DNA of 60,940 bases from an uncultured Planctomycetia bacterium (GTDB lineage: Bacteria > Omnitrophota > Gorgyraeia > 2-02-FULL-51-18). The notes below the pieces were generated by a model that was not told the DNA's origin, did not search any database, and was given only the letters and a program-made list of their open reading frames with translations. Location of the stretch: positions 1 to 60,940 of the forward strand of contig CAYODQ010000006.1 of NCBI GenBank assembly GCA_964402785.1. The letters are read 5' to 3'. The translations under genes and the position numbers were made by a program. Numbering within the stretch: the stretch's first letter is position 1; each line of letters begins with the position of its first letter. This document shows positions 49,301 to 55,030 of this stretch, piece after piece.

Positions 49301-51998
49301 TATAATCACGGATCAAGCCTCCGTGGAAGCGCTCATAAAGTCCCTAGCCGACAGACACCCGCGCGATCTTGTGTATTTAAATAATCCCGATGGAGCTGAT
49401 CTTTTAGGCTTGCATGTATCCTTCACAAATACCCCAGTGGATAAGGGTGCGCGGTTGGCGGGTAGTCCGATCGTAGTGAGTATTCGCGTCTCAGAAGCCG
49501 CCGGGACAATCAAGATGGTGGATGGTGTCCGATCCATTGTTGCTCCATTGGAGGATCTTGATGAGGTCACGCAACGTCGCATAAATAGATGGATGGGATC
49601 AACCAGGCCTACAAAAGATGCTGTATATGCGCTTATTGTCATTGGCGATGTCAGGCTTGGCTTAGCAAAAATATCCAACGCGACGCCGAGAGGCAAATAC
49701 GTGGAGGTTGTCCCATTTGTATCCAGAACCGAATGGACCAGTGAGCAGGTGTTGCGCTTGCTTGCGCTCAGCCTACCCGTTCATGATCCGTCGATTACAG
49801 AGATGGAACTACTTGACCCAAGATCCAACATGAATTTCAATGTTGAGGCGGTAACGAGTGATGCTTATAAAGTTACCATCAATTTTGGCGCAAGACTATC
49901 CGCACTCACTCAATCATCTACTCTTCTTCAGACCGAAGCTTCCTCAAATCTCCAAAATATGGAAAAAGACCGGTTCAAGGCCTATCTCGATGAGCGCGGT
50001 GTTTTTGCAGGTTTGGTTCGCGGCCTCGACAAAAATGATGTTCATAAACCCGTATCCGTTTTGGCGCGAATTGTGAGCGGCATGGTGTTGAGCTATGAGC
50101 TATACGAAGAAGTATCCGCTGCGGATGATTCAGTTGTTAAAAAAAGACTTTTCTTTAGGGCGCGCCCAGCCAATCATCCTTTTACTTTAAATATTGCGCT
50201 TCCTACGGGAGAAGCCGCGCGGGATCAAGAGCAATCCCTGGCGCCATTTTTGATGGGGACTCATGACTTTTTTTATTTTATCGGAGCCATGACCCTGGAT
50301 AGCATCGCGGACGAAGTTAAAGCTAAAGGCCGTGTCAGCGAATTGGATAGAACGATAGAAGGCTTGCTTGCGTCGTATTCGCTTAGGATCCCCACTGCAG
50401 CCCCAGTCACAGTTCTGCAGTCAGCCGAGGTGGTAAAGGGTGACTCCGTGACCCCGCGCCGGGCACGCGAGGCAGTTTCTAGATCCGATGATGCAGAACG
50501 TTTCCGAAATCGAACTGATCTTATATTGTCGTACGTCGCCACAAACGAAGCCTATAAAAAAGGATTTTCAACAGCCGCATTAGCTCATGACACTAAGCTG
50601 GTTATTCCGGCATATGGAGCGGTAGCGCAAACTAGCAATCTGACGGGTTTAAGCTCCCGCTATTTGGCAATTCACAAGGTATTATCTTGGGCCTTAACTA
50701 ATGGCCGAATAGGCGCTTTGCCGGACTCATCGCCGCAGATATATATTCTAAAAGATGTCAAAGCCTCGGAGGTTGGCGCGCGGTTAGCTGGCAAGCAGTT
50801 CGGAGTAGGGAGTTCGGAGTTCGGAGCGCGTGAATTTCGTGCATCAAGAGTTAACGTTGCAGGTCTTTTTGGCCGCGCATCAGAAAATCTGGTGCCTGGT
50901 GCGTTGGTGTCTGGTGCTCTCGGCGAAGCCGATGGTGCGCGTGAATTCCGCGGCTCAAGATTGTCGGTGGCACAGCTTTTTGGCCAGAAGTCTAAATCAC
51001 TAAGCCCAACTCAGTCACCCGTCACCAGCCACCAGACACCAGTTGCTGCGCAGGGTAACTTGCTTCGCCAAGTCGGCGGTTTCTTGGTCGGAACGGCCCA
51101 CGCAGGTCTTGTAACCCAGCCTTCTCAGTCCATATCAATCTTGTTGGATCCCTCTCAAGCCACGATCTTTGAGTTATCCCTAAACAGAGATGAGCTCATT
51201 GTGAATCTAAAGGGTGGTGAGAAGTTGGGTGTATTGAGTGCATCCAGTGCCGATGTTGAAAGAAATGATCAAGGCATACCCCAGTCTGTCAAAGTTGATG
51301 TCGCGGAAGCTCTTTCACTGCTCAATATGAGCAGTCAATCCATGGAGTCAGCCCTTTCGGATCGCTTGGCTAATATCGAGACCTTAACTCCCACACTCCT
51401 CATTGCTCATCTTGAGACGTTTGGAGACATTAGAATCAACCCTATTACATTAGACGCCTTTATTCTAGGGGTAAGCCAGTTAGCCGACAAACTAAACAAG
51501 AAGGGCAATAGAGATGTTCTAAGGGTCACTTTATATAGCCGTGATCAAGAGCTGTCTGCTATTGCCGGCGCAAGGCTTGCAGCTCTTCAGAAAAAACATC
51601 CGTTTGTTGTCCGCAGTTTTGTTTTGAAAACAACTCTTGCAGGATTCATTGCCGTGAACGCCCTGGTGCCAGGTTCCCAAGCGGCCGAAGCCTCACAAAG
51701 ACTTCTTCCTGTTCAAGCTCTACAGCCAGGTGATGTATTCAGCCCGGCCCTTTCAACTCTCTTATCCGTAGGAATTGCCCAGGAAGCCCAAGGTCAGCCT
51801 ATCAGCGATAGCACCGTCAAGGGCTTTGAAGTAGCCACGGGCATTAAGGCAGATAGGGGAGAGTTGCAAGAAGTGATCTTTGACGGCACTAAACTCTCTC
51901 TCATGCAAAAATACGCCATCAAGCCCATCTTGCAGCAAATAAGCCAGTATTTGCAGGTTCTTAAAATGCAAATGAAGCAGGTTGCGCAGGCGGCATAA
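37317..51998 (+). CDS. Giant modular protein (4893 aa): signal peptide, putative TraB/Tiki-like N-terminal domain, modules delimited by GARL[ASG] motifs
   Basis: Uninterrupted 14.7-kb frame; 22 exact in-frame GARL motifs; duplicated 147-aa module; several TM segments. The ORF is well supported; the functional labels are inference. Confidence 0.9.
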   Translation: MKRVRVILRSVSIILLQSFILQQISFADVIKPVVQNPLSRAEVSLELPETVATIEDAYNANQSTSAPAHQKTIYLLQDAHTNESAQYNLAKALDIILKKENSSSESGVRSSEKTSFTHSELRTPSSELKFVFTEAGIGDNSLSFLRPFRPLSERTRLAKMYTKKGILHGAEYLDLTSDHSFILWGVENPDLYLKTIEDYKHVAKERPRFELYLKKIAATLDTLNNRFLNPSLQQFLKESKLYHSDKLALTEYFQALQREATIHNLDLKKYPHLTKLKDLKDKEEKIDFQKANEQHQKAVQSLSPKAQQELKDISSVKAGKVLQNKKEERAYFQYLEEMLGHQSTSAPEHQNYTELNKYFSYLKLAKAIQAKDILSELKAFEIDVFKALAKTEDEKSLIQSEETLRYLNKLFTFTLTPEEFGVMSSEFGANKGLEHLTGFLNKKIMDLETYYERSLFLEKGYEEMIERALNFYKLTFERDQYFLDQALSKMDQENQTKAALITGGFHTTNLKELLKKKNISYISITPQALQETNLKKYESILLNQIQDIKTPQLTMKPSMSTAMPVQLAAFAGGLPVQAGARLALDDLAAGNPLLVLEIDGRTANQRALLDHLIRREASGLVVLPATPDVVSEPSLDLTVPVIDADLLRMGSGNEAVSPNKVATTPVQLSRKDREVLEASASRQREARARKPGQVFRGDIIRNRGARLSEYDPSRFLRALGVDRPDTSSASSAKDRPKWVPGNSAANELAGVEAERFVGFQQTVDRFEGAWNSFRKAFFGARLAGEKEDRGSWMVDGKNPTQSTIHNPPSVAESDLSGARLASAIVWGVAAVTVFTGSFFLFRKFLSKYDQIPAALAKPSIVRFTVVGMVTSQIPVAFLIYQMSKIDSLTNLPSPGSAEEWALVEPIFVAMITGLVSAAWLLAPIKSYARVQFWQNFSNAVSMQRRGDLDRLEQINQLLITGSIFKKVIRFYFPELEDAVLRAILLDIVQFDLAVRNSVHHNSTTSLRFLLSRLADNLDRWPYGRLPSYVFDSNSYQSMASWLEQNPDYISELKPLLTRVLLDPPVLDSKAGARLAGSPIIATVRFSEEAGTRKWVNGEVSIVAPLQGLDEFTQRRIDRWMGSTQFDRNAVYALLFMAGERFGLAKITNSLPTGKKIEVVPFVSRESWTSEDVLRVLALNLRVHDQALSQPELLNPASNIGLNIKHVIGDAYTVEIAFGARLAGKERSQSQKVTKPQVGSRVTGDLVTLSPDVAASSGARLAENHETLLNNFFGSYINNNEAIHYNDYEGASGRVNLSLKRVNQDVPYQTSPGIFISKNYSSDGAFTIIIEYNPSQEGYHVSRLLYRISGELSRLVIVSNESEPVWYVESSESFFKNWKNLFFNIMFSSLHETDRIIDSATMDAYRDWERRLGQSEEQESLDASAQTLLAAIKNNYYSHPSFRDQWKINLLVELFESVFNYARMSRLKPRGVHDYWNVLGRAPAGAAVSSEAPVHAGISSDTETSSRSTPPWSTISGLFAHQNNLTPTELVTLLESARTKLMEGGFQELWVNMRLVDSRTKVITDTLGGSGLVELGKFLASQEGGAHRYQIVSDFNDTRTPDFNATNYYVFIKQLPVSTVGARLADTRRENPVQALVRRLLRQPEVLPSAELDRVNISRVRAVLNAEPDQNIVGILVSRGQNELASGEWDYLIIKKDGNAFFMIPDEAISDYRLRDELQKLGFLNGGPLSPIILADTLMAVTMFLATPAKMKGIQVFGADNNRPVMPDWTVIARSKKLDAEITAQLEKDIRQAESGARLAARELLGERTVYEQVQAVFDAFDGDVTDSYGGVLSAPRNDLASRLFILGVPQDDIFDLAESFLSTDLSVHDLRDSIEYILEDSPIELTDEVIEKILAEIFKQMTTQSGRNFETFSASVDALTKMLIGLGDTAEDASGNAESLMDVHPTYALINHVVDTLRDYKDDALDWQYVSDDADSDGEFDEPVSVSAPAAFDQSRSSAATYTSPSYQGTEGLSANQVVTGFLVLGGIGAAVAYLLSNSEQREMIWQFIQNIKFNFFGARLAVTREQMAEIHAIAEEEAALDSVARWNSTDARRDREEQSRASERNVRMAEEERAERRIDDWKARRHRGARIEVLGARLGWWDRFLESVDWLVGSLADSWIVEKRIEKAASLGIDVTFETASLRRKSGVLIYGGLKTGDFADIYVQLGRKIRHHSRAVVPQGARLGVTFFGHPAGFLEKWSLDRVMGVVRRSIRTKATFEHDPITRLSNVFQSGYTFYDDNDKYWEVAVEHGEGDRLKALTVRTKKSTPSLDGSRRRDVQWFEKEFLLVFGSRDELLARQIVSELSEQALGSSLREQETQYRVILNGISILYANNLSSLLSQLRYYGYRVMLSGGSVVINDEHVISGDDISSEDIQSILDLIQFRNDVKKVKGWAGAMLGWAADYSPAEATYPAFILFFKVNARQILTKWMLRAQGIRAPSSIGSSVRITNLEDYSRFGRDRRRVHMESPLMDEIHQLRGARLSAIPNLWQVIELREPNPALRKSGYFKVGDIIGVHISEEKGFTEKALLFVTSLEALSAFRVYVKRGQVFKAIVVQNKAEDVAGVVRFAYLGQDGLPLAVKGSPVQGRGSVKDPSIGKWKEVAPAGDDSTQSSPEEEKTPENFLRTVRDSGVIGYKGREFTIGLGYARKQVKIIEVSGGFEIQTPEGVLIKRYTLTDKGYRVSTKGPSPIASSEPTGARLARHYQQTSDGNFSNPNRLPVIIYAESDNLIEVNMRHDLMDHAERLGVLIVRARSLYAAIEAAKTAGKKLKAIVSSDQLAKLPNEEGLKATIQKLEHPLLGPRDPAGANAVKELVYRAKNTLHVPVAVYGEEAFAGGAFSTPDQSLIFDDTKYMDEKIAEFIRTSLGARLAGRISTIALISLAAILPGAFVAANAGSWGSWQVNGVLALATILVVAGSKRMFLPSAPSNYSLPHASVGRVYTAEEVRILVLEVVASVAKKDAPSVAVDTNLKSLGLGEAELRDIADQIDLRVVPDGGVSFSLKADQTAWRTPQDIIHTLESYLRASSQLEGARLSYGVEGIQHKTLNPVLKTELAARIDQLISEHASNSDSKTRQVNIRVDEFGNSRPILLAAASVQRGKTLGKETLGRKAASAVRNAGPFIITELSATEYLVTLSGASSKTRGEAAQFYQIYIPGAALLRVQKSVVAGSKEYVRGTVSFTRHTQGPDQVIEVPYELPASETPEQSVRRIAHYLTSTFNLWDRMYGDLSKGPELLNTMPRDYAMPQGARLSEETQKERSLLSQWLTSVAMDHLTVLDRVAFAVWQTSRILGLGFFVIVGGLFISGPGIVLLIPIAFMLEKVYTSIDFMSMFAYKWHVLRFLGYSSLAITVFSSIKFLLQRSNEADSSGEKIPINKTGARLAGEVSYPNFVRELELFVAQSAKDDRILLYLMSILDKYETIPLLSRSRDELAEALLDISQRLAEVDAPRAMRWDAADLVRQIRLLQGYKQGDEFRAQLSDAVGIVSRLLPQQNIRLRANGHRWAIIYPGMERAEALEEKVDSAAKELLKRLYGLTEADYDKVALKADAYYSELRIFTSNPWLFRALVTKERVPEALKKAAAYLASRGIKKITVSVKDGSITRAQEFDLRDFWKIEYYADGLWGGIQSDRDAIYAVSANADGSIAFQKIHHIGVPRKISSATLTRAQENISAQRASSSQAPQVVRAELNGSNVYELRAGAEGKVIGRVNQADKLATRLNGWVREGVLPSLQFEASFARGSWFLAIKDDRGERTSVLADDYPAVAQMINQMIAGSSAAKRIAEEPVQTVSIPTQVAAPVTASVDLPLFVLGADYVELAKTLVQEAVKSPDVKISFVTPYGQAVNDIASLGVLRYQLSSQMEAGAHTNDLYSRGLPRDPYRFEATSTTRTKPELDQILSSLVRILREGGAIEGSRLSSDQDLADLSRRALKERLLAALGENPRIPVDVDAYNSYPQVTSIITDQASVEALIKSLADRHPRDLVYLNNPDGADLLGLHVSFTNTPVDKGARLAGSPIVVSIRVSEAAGTIKMVDGVRSIVAPLEDLDEVTQRRINRWMGSTRPTKDAVYALIVIGDVRLGLAKISNATPRGKYVEVVPFVSRTEWTSEQVLRLLALSLPVHDPSITEMELLDPRSNMNFNVEAVTSDAYKVTINFGARLSALTQSSTLLQTEASSNLQNMEKDRFKAYLDERGVFAGLVRGLDKNDVHKPVSVLARIVSGMVLSYELYEEVSAADDSVVKKRLFFRARPANHPFTLNIALPTGEAARDQEQSLAPFLMGTHDFFYFIGAMTLDSIADEVKAKGRVSELDRTIEGLLASYSLRIPTAAPVTVLQSAEVVKGDSVTPRRAREAVSRSDDAERFRNRTDLILSYVATNEAYKKGFSTAALAHDTKLVIPAYGAVAQTSNLTGLSSRYLAIHKVLSWALTNGRIGALPDSSPQIYILKDVKASEVGARLAGKQFGVGSSEFGAREFRASRVNVAGLFGRASENLVPGALVSGALGEADGAREFRGSRLSVAQLFGQKSKSLSPTQSPVTSHQTPVAAQGNLLRQVGGFLVGTAHAGLVTQPSQSISILLDPSQATIFELSLNRDELIVNLKGGEKLGVLSASSADVERNDQGIPQSVKVDVAEALSLLNMSSQSMESALSDRLANIETLTPTLLIAHLETFGDIRINPITLDAFILGVSQLADKLNKKGNRDVLRVTLYSRDQELSAIAGARLAALQKKHPFVVRSFVLKTTLAGFIAVNALVPGSQAAEASQRLLPVQALQPGDVFSPALSTLLSVGIAQEAQGQPISDSTVKGFEVATGIKADRGELQEVIFDGTKLSLMQKYAIKPILQQISQYLQVLKMQMKQVAQAA
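37623..37699. repeat. Heptamer hairpin, 4x AGTTCGG / 4x CCGAACT, inside the giant ORF
   Basis: Mirror arrays at 37623-37650 and 37672-37699. Confidence 0.9.
39677..39743. repeat. Heptamer hairpin, 4x GGAT[CG]GT / 4x AC[AC]ATCC, inside the giant ORF
   Basis: Arrays at 39677-39704 and 39716-39743. Confidence 0.85.
40993..41065. repeat. Octamer hairpin, 4x AGTCACAA-like / 4x TTGTGACC-like, inside the giant ORF
   Basis: Arrays at 40993-41024 and 41035-41065. Confidence 0.8.
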
Positions 51999-52054
51999 TC
52001 ACATCTACGCACATACCAAAAAGTCTGTATCACCGGTTTTGCGACCCTTTTTCC

Positions 52055-52083
52055 TTTACAAGCCATCTTTTTACACGTATAAT
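52055..52083 (+). promoter_or_regulatory. sigma70 promoter of rpsO-pnp
   Basis: TTTACA-17 nt-TATAAT. Confidence 0.8.
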
Positions 52084-52100
52084 CACAGGATTCGTTCATT

Positions 52101-52125
52101 GTAGGGGCGCCCCTTGCGGGTGCCC
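52101..52125 (+). repeat. GTAG-type REP palindrome in the rpsO leader
   Basis: GTAG followed by the imperfect palindrome GGGCGCCC-CTTGC-GGGTGCCC, the form of RAYT-associated REPs. Confidence 0.65.
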
Positions 52126-52173
52126 ATTGTTTGTCTGTTTTGTAAGTTCAGTCAAGAGGAGAAGTTAGAGCAA

Positions 52174-52443
52174 ATGTCAGTTACTAAAGAGAAGAAGAAG
52201 CAAGTCATCACCACCTTCAAAAAACATGAAAAAGACAGCGGATCCGCACCGGTGCAGATCGCTGTTTTGACCGAGCGCATCAACAATCTCGGACCTCATT
52301 TTAAGTCGCAGCCCAAGGATCATTCTTCACGCCGCGGCCTTTTGAAACTCGTGTCCCAGCGTCGTAAACTTTTGGATTACCTCAAGCGCGAAGACGAAAA
52401 AGCCTACTTTAATTTAATCGAGAAACTAGATCTCAGAAAATAA
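52174..52443 (+). CDS. rpsO: 30S ribosomal protein S15
   Basis: DSGS..VQIA.LT.RI..L..H....PKDHSSRRGLLKLV; ATG 52174 gives the canonical 89 aa. Confidence 0.96.
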   Translation: MSVTKEKKKQVITTFKKHEKDSGSAPVQIAVLTERINNLGPHFKSQPKDHSSRRGLLKLVSQRRKLLDYLKREDEKAYFNLIEKLDLRK

Positions 52444-52449
52444 AATCAC

Positions 52450-54612
52450 ATGAAAAAATACGAAGTAAAGATAGGACGTAACACATTCAGTTTTGAAACC
52501 GGCCGTTTGGCCAAGCAAGCAGATGGCGCAGTTTTAGCTCAATACGGAGACACGGTTGTTCTCGTTTCCTGCTGTGTGGCGCGCGAACCCAAAGAATCCC
52601 AGGATTTTTTTCCTCTCACCGTGGATTACACAGAGAAAGCTTATGCCGGCGGCAAGATTCCTGGCGGTTATTTCAAGCGTGAGGGCAAGGCGACCGAGAA
52701 AGAAACGCTGACTTCTCGTCTCATCGATCGTCCTTTGCGCCCGATGTTCCCGGATGGTTATTTCAATGAAGTGCAGGTCACGGCCACTGTTTTGGCGGTC
52801 GACAAAGAAAACAATTCCGATATCGTGGCCATGAATGCCGCTTCAGCAGCCGTGATGTTGTCGGGAGCGCCTTTTATGTCGCCTGTTGCAACAGCACGTG
52901 TCGGTGAAGTTGATGGCGGGTTTATTTTGAACCCCACATTTGCCGAGCTTGAGAATAGCAAGTTGGACATGGTGGTCTCGGTGACGAATCAGGGTATCAT
53001 CATGATCGAAGCCGGTGCTGAGATCATAGCCGAAGAGCGCGTGGCGGCAGCCGTTGAGTTTGCGATCAAAGAGCTCAAGCCCTTGCTTAAGCTTCAAGAG
53101 ACGATGAAAAAAGAGTGTGGTAAGCCGGAGCGCGAGTCGCAGATCAATATGTTGCCCGAGGCATTTGTCGAAGAAGTGCGTACACTCACCGTCAAAGAAT
53201 TTGATCGGATCAACAAATCCGAAAAAACCAAAGAATCCCGCGACAATGCCATCAAAGCACTTTTCACCAAAGTCGCTGAGAAGCTTATTGTCGAGGGTGG
53301 CGAATTCACCAAAGCTCATTTAAAACGCGCATTTGAAGAGATCGAGTACGATGAAGTCCGTAAGTTCATTCTCGACAACAAAGTGCGCACCGATGGACGT
53401 AAATACGATGAGATCCGTCCCATCACATGCGAGATCAATGCTCTTCCGAGAGTGCATGGATCAGCGGTGTTCACGCGCGGTCAGACGCAGTCCTTGGGCG
53501 TAGTGACGCTTGGAACTAGTAAAGATGAGCAGTTCACGGACTCGGTGGACGGAGATTCCTACAAGTCATTCATGCTTCACTACAACTTCCCATCATTTTC
53601 TGTGGGCGAGATCAAGCCGAATCGCGGTCCCGGTCGTCGTGAGATCGGTCACGGAGCATTGGCTGAACGTGCGCTACGTCCCGTGGTTCCTTCAAACGAA
53701 ACATTTCCGTACGTGGTTCGTATTGTTTCTGAGATCCTGGAGTCCAATGGTTCGTCCAGCATGGCCAGCATTTGCTCAGGTACGCTTGCGATGATGGATG
53801 CCGGCGTGCCGATCAAAGCGCCTGTTAGCGGTATTGCCATGGGTTTGGTGAAACAAGGCGATCGTTATGCGGTTCTTTCGGATATTGCCGGAGTGGAAGA
53901 TCATCTGGGTGATATGGATTTTAAAGTGGCCGGAACCTCTGAGGGGTTAACAGCGATCCAGTTGGATCTCAAGCTTAAAGATTCCATTGATATTGCGACC
54001 TTGCGTAAGGCGCTTGAACAAGCCCGCGCAGGACGTTTGCATATACTCAAGAAAATGACGGACACGTTGGCATCTCCTCGTGCGGAGCTGTCCGACTTCG
54101 CCCCACGCATCACAACCATTAAAGTGGATCCCGACAAGATCCGTGAGATCATAGGGCCCGGTGGTAAGATGATCCGCAAGATCACATCCGAGTCCGGTGC
54201 TGAGATCGAGGTAGAAGATGATGGTACAGTTCGTATCGCTTCGGCCGACGGCGAGTCGACCAAAAAAGCGATCGAGATCATCAAGGGGATCACAGCAGAA
54301 GCAGAAGTGGGTAAGATCTATGATGCCACGGTTACGCGTATCATGAATTTTGGCGCTTTCTGTGAGATCTTGCCGGGCAAAGAAGGTTTGGTCCATATTT
54401 CCGAGCTTGATGAAGCAAGAGTCGAGACCGTTGAAAGTGTGGTGAAGGTGGGCGATCAGATTCGAGTGAAGTGTATCGAAGTTGATTCGCAGGGACGTAT
54501 TAATTTATCGAAGAAGCAGTCTGTCAACGATGATCCACCCGTGGTAGCCAAACGCAGCGAAAAACGAAGTGAAAACGGTAGAAGTTTTAATAAAAAGAAG
54601 TCCTGGAACTGA
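52450..54612 (+). CDS. pnp: Polyribonucleotide nucleotidyltransferase
   Basis: RLIDRPLRP, FTRGQTQ, RREIGHG, ESNGSSSMAS, GDMDFKVAG; KH and S1 domains. Confidence 0.97.
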   Translation: MKKYEVKIGRNTFSFETGRLAKQADGAVLAQYGDTVVLVSCCVAREPKESQDFFPLTVDYTEKAYAGGKIPGGYFKREGKATEKETLTSRLIDRPLRPMFPDGYFNEVQVTATVLAVDKENNSDIVAMNAASAAVMLSGAPFMSPVATARVGEVDGGFILNPTFAELENSKLDMVVSVTNQGIIMIEAGAEIIAEERVAAAVEFAIKELKPLLKLQETMKKECGKPERESQINMLPEAFVEEVRTLTVKEFDRINKSEKTKESRDNAIKALFTKVAEKLIVEGGEFTKAHLKRAFEEIEYDEVRKFILDNKVRTDGRKYDEIRPITCEINALPRVHGSAVFTRGQTQSLGVVTLGTSKDEQFTDSVDGDSYKSFMLHYNFPSFSVGEIKPNRGPGRREIGHGALAERALRPVVPSNETFPYVVRIVSEILESNGSSSMASICSGTLAMMDAGVPIKAPVSGIAMGLVKQGDRYAVLSDIAGVEDHLGDMDFKVAGTSEGLTAIQLDLKLKDSIDIATLRKALEQARAGRLHILKKMTDTLASPRAELSDFAPRITTIKVDPDKIREIIGPGGKMIRKITSESGAEIEVEDDGTVRIASADGESTKKAIEIIKGITAEAEVGKIYDATVTRIMNFGAFCEILPGKEGLVHISELDEARVETVESVVKVGDQIRVKCIEVDSQGRINLSKKQSVNDDPPVVAKRSEKRSENGRSFNKKKSWN

Positions 54613-55021
54613 AGACTTAGGGCTGCCGGCCTACAAGACTGAAGGCTCGGCAGGCCTAGATTTGTGCGCAGATATCCCCGGGGATACGATCTTGTATCCC
54701 GGGGATATTCGTCTTATTTCGACCGGTATTTCCATCCATTTGCCGATCGGATACGAAGGTCAAGTGCGTCCACGGAGCGGTTTAGCACTAAAACACGGGA
54801 TTACGCTTGTGAATACACCCGGTACTATCGATAGTGATTATCGTGGGGTGGTCGGTTTGCCGCTCATCAATTTGGGTAAAGAGCCATTCAAGATCGAGCG
54901 AGGCATGCGATTGGCTCAGCTGGTGATCCAAGAAGTGGTTCGGGCGGATATTCGTTGTGTGGATGAGTTGGAAGAAACGACCCGATCGTCCGGTGGTTTT
55001 GGCCACACTGGCATCAAATAG
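54569..55021 (+). CDS. dut: dUTP diphosphatase
   Basis: SAGLDL, RPRSGLA, GTIDSDYRG, RLAQLV, R..GGFGHTG. Confidence 0.95.
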   Translation: MKTVEVLIKRSPGTEDLGLPAYKTEGSAGLDLCADIPGDTILYPGDIRLISTGISIHLPIGYEGQVRPRSGLALKHGITLVNTPGTIDSDYRGVVGLPLINLGKEPFKIERGMRLAQLVIQEVVRADIRCVDELEETTRSSGGFGHTGIK

Positions 55022-55030
55022 GAGTCTCAT

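Noticed and set aside
39051-51581. GARL junctions as a CRISPR array or integron attC sites
   Set aside because: DNA repeats are short and synonymously variable, spacers are 114-1881 nt and all in frame, and there is no cas gene, intI or attC-like palindrome at the junctions.
37317-51998. Diversity-generating retroelement, inteins, or RTX/Rhs/MARTX repeats in the giant ORF
   Set aside because: No reverse transcriptase in the window; the duplicated modules differ at all base types; no intein termini, GGxGxD or YD repeats were seen.
52114-52173. N-terminal extension of S15 in the ORF track
   Set aside because: It begins inside a REP palindrome; ATG 52174 gives the canonical 89 aa.
54673-54708. 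Inverted/direct repeat TATCCCCGGGGATA inside dut
   Set aside because: Fully coding (IPGD/YPGD), short, and with no other copies seen in the window.
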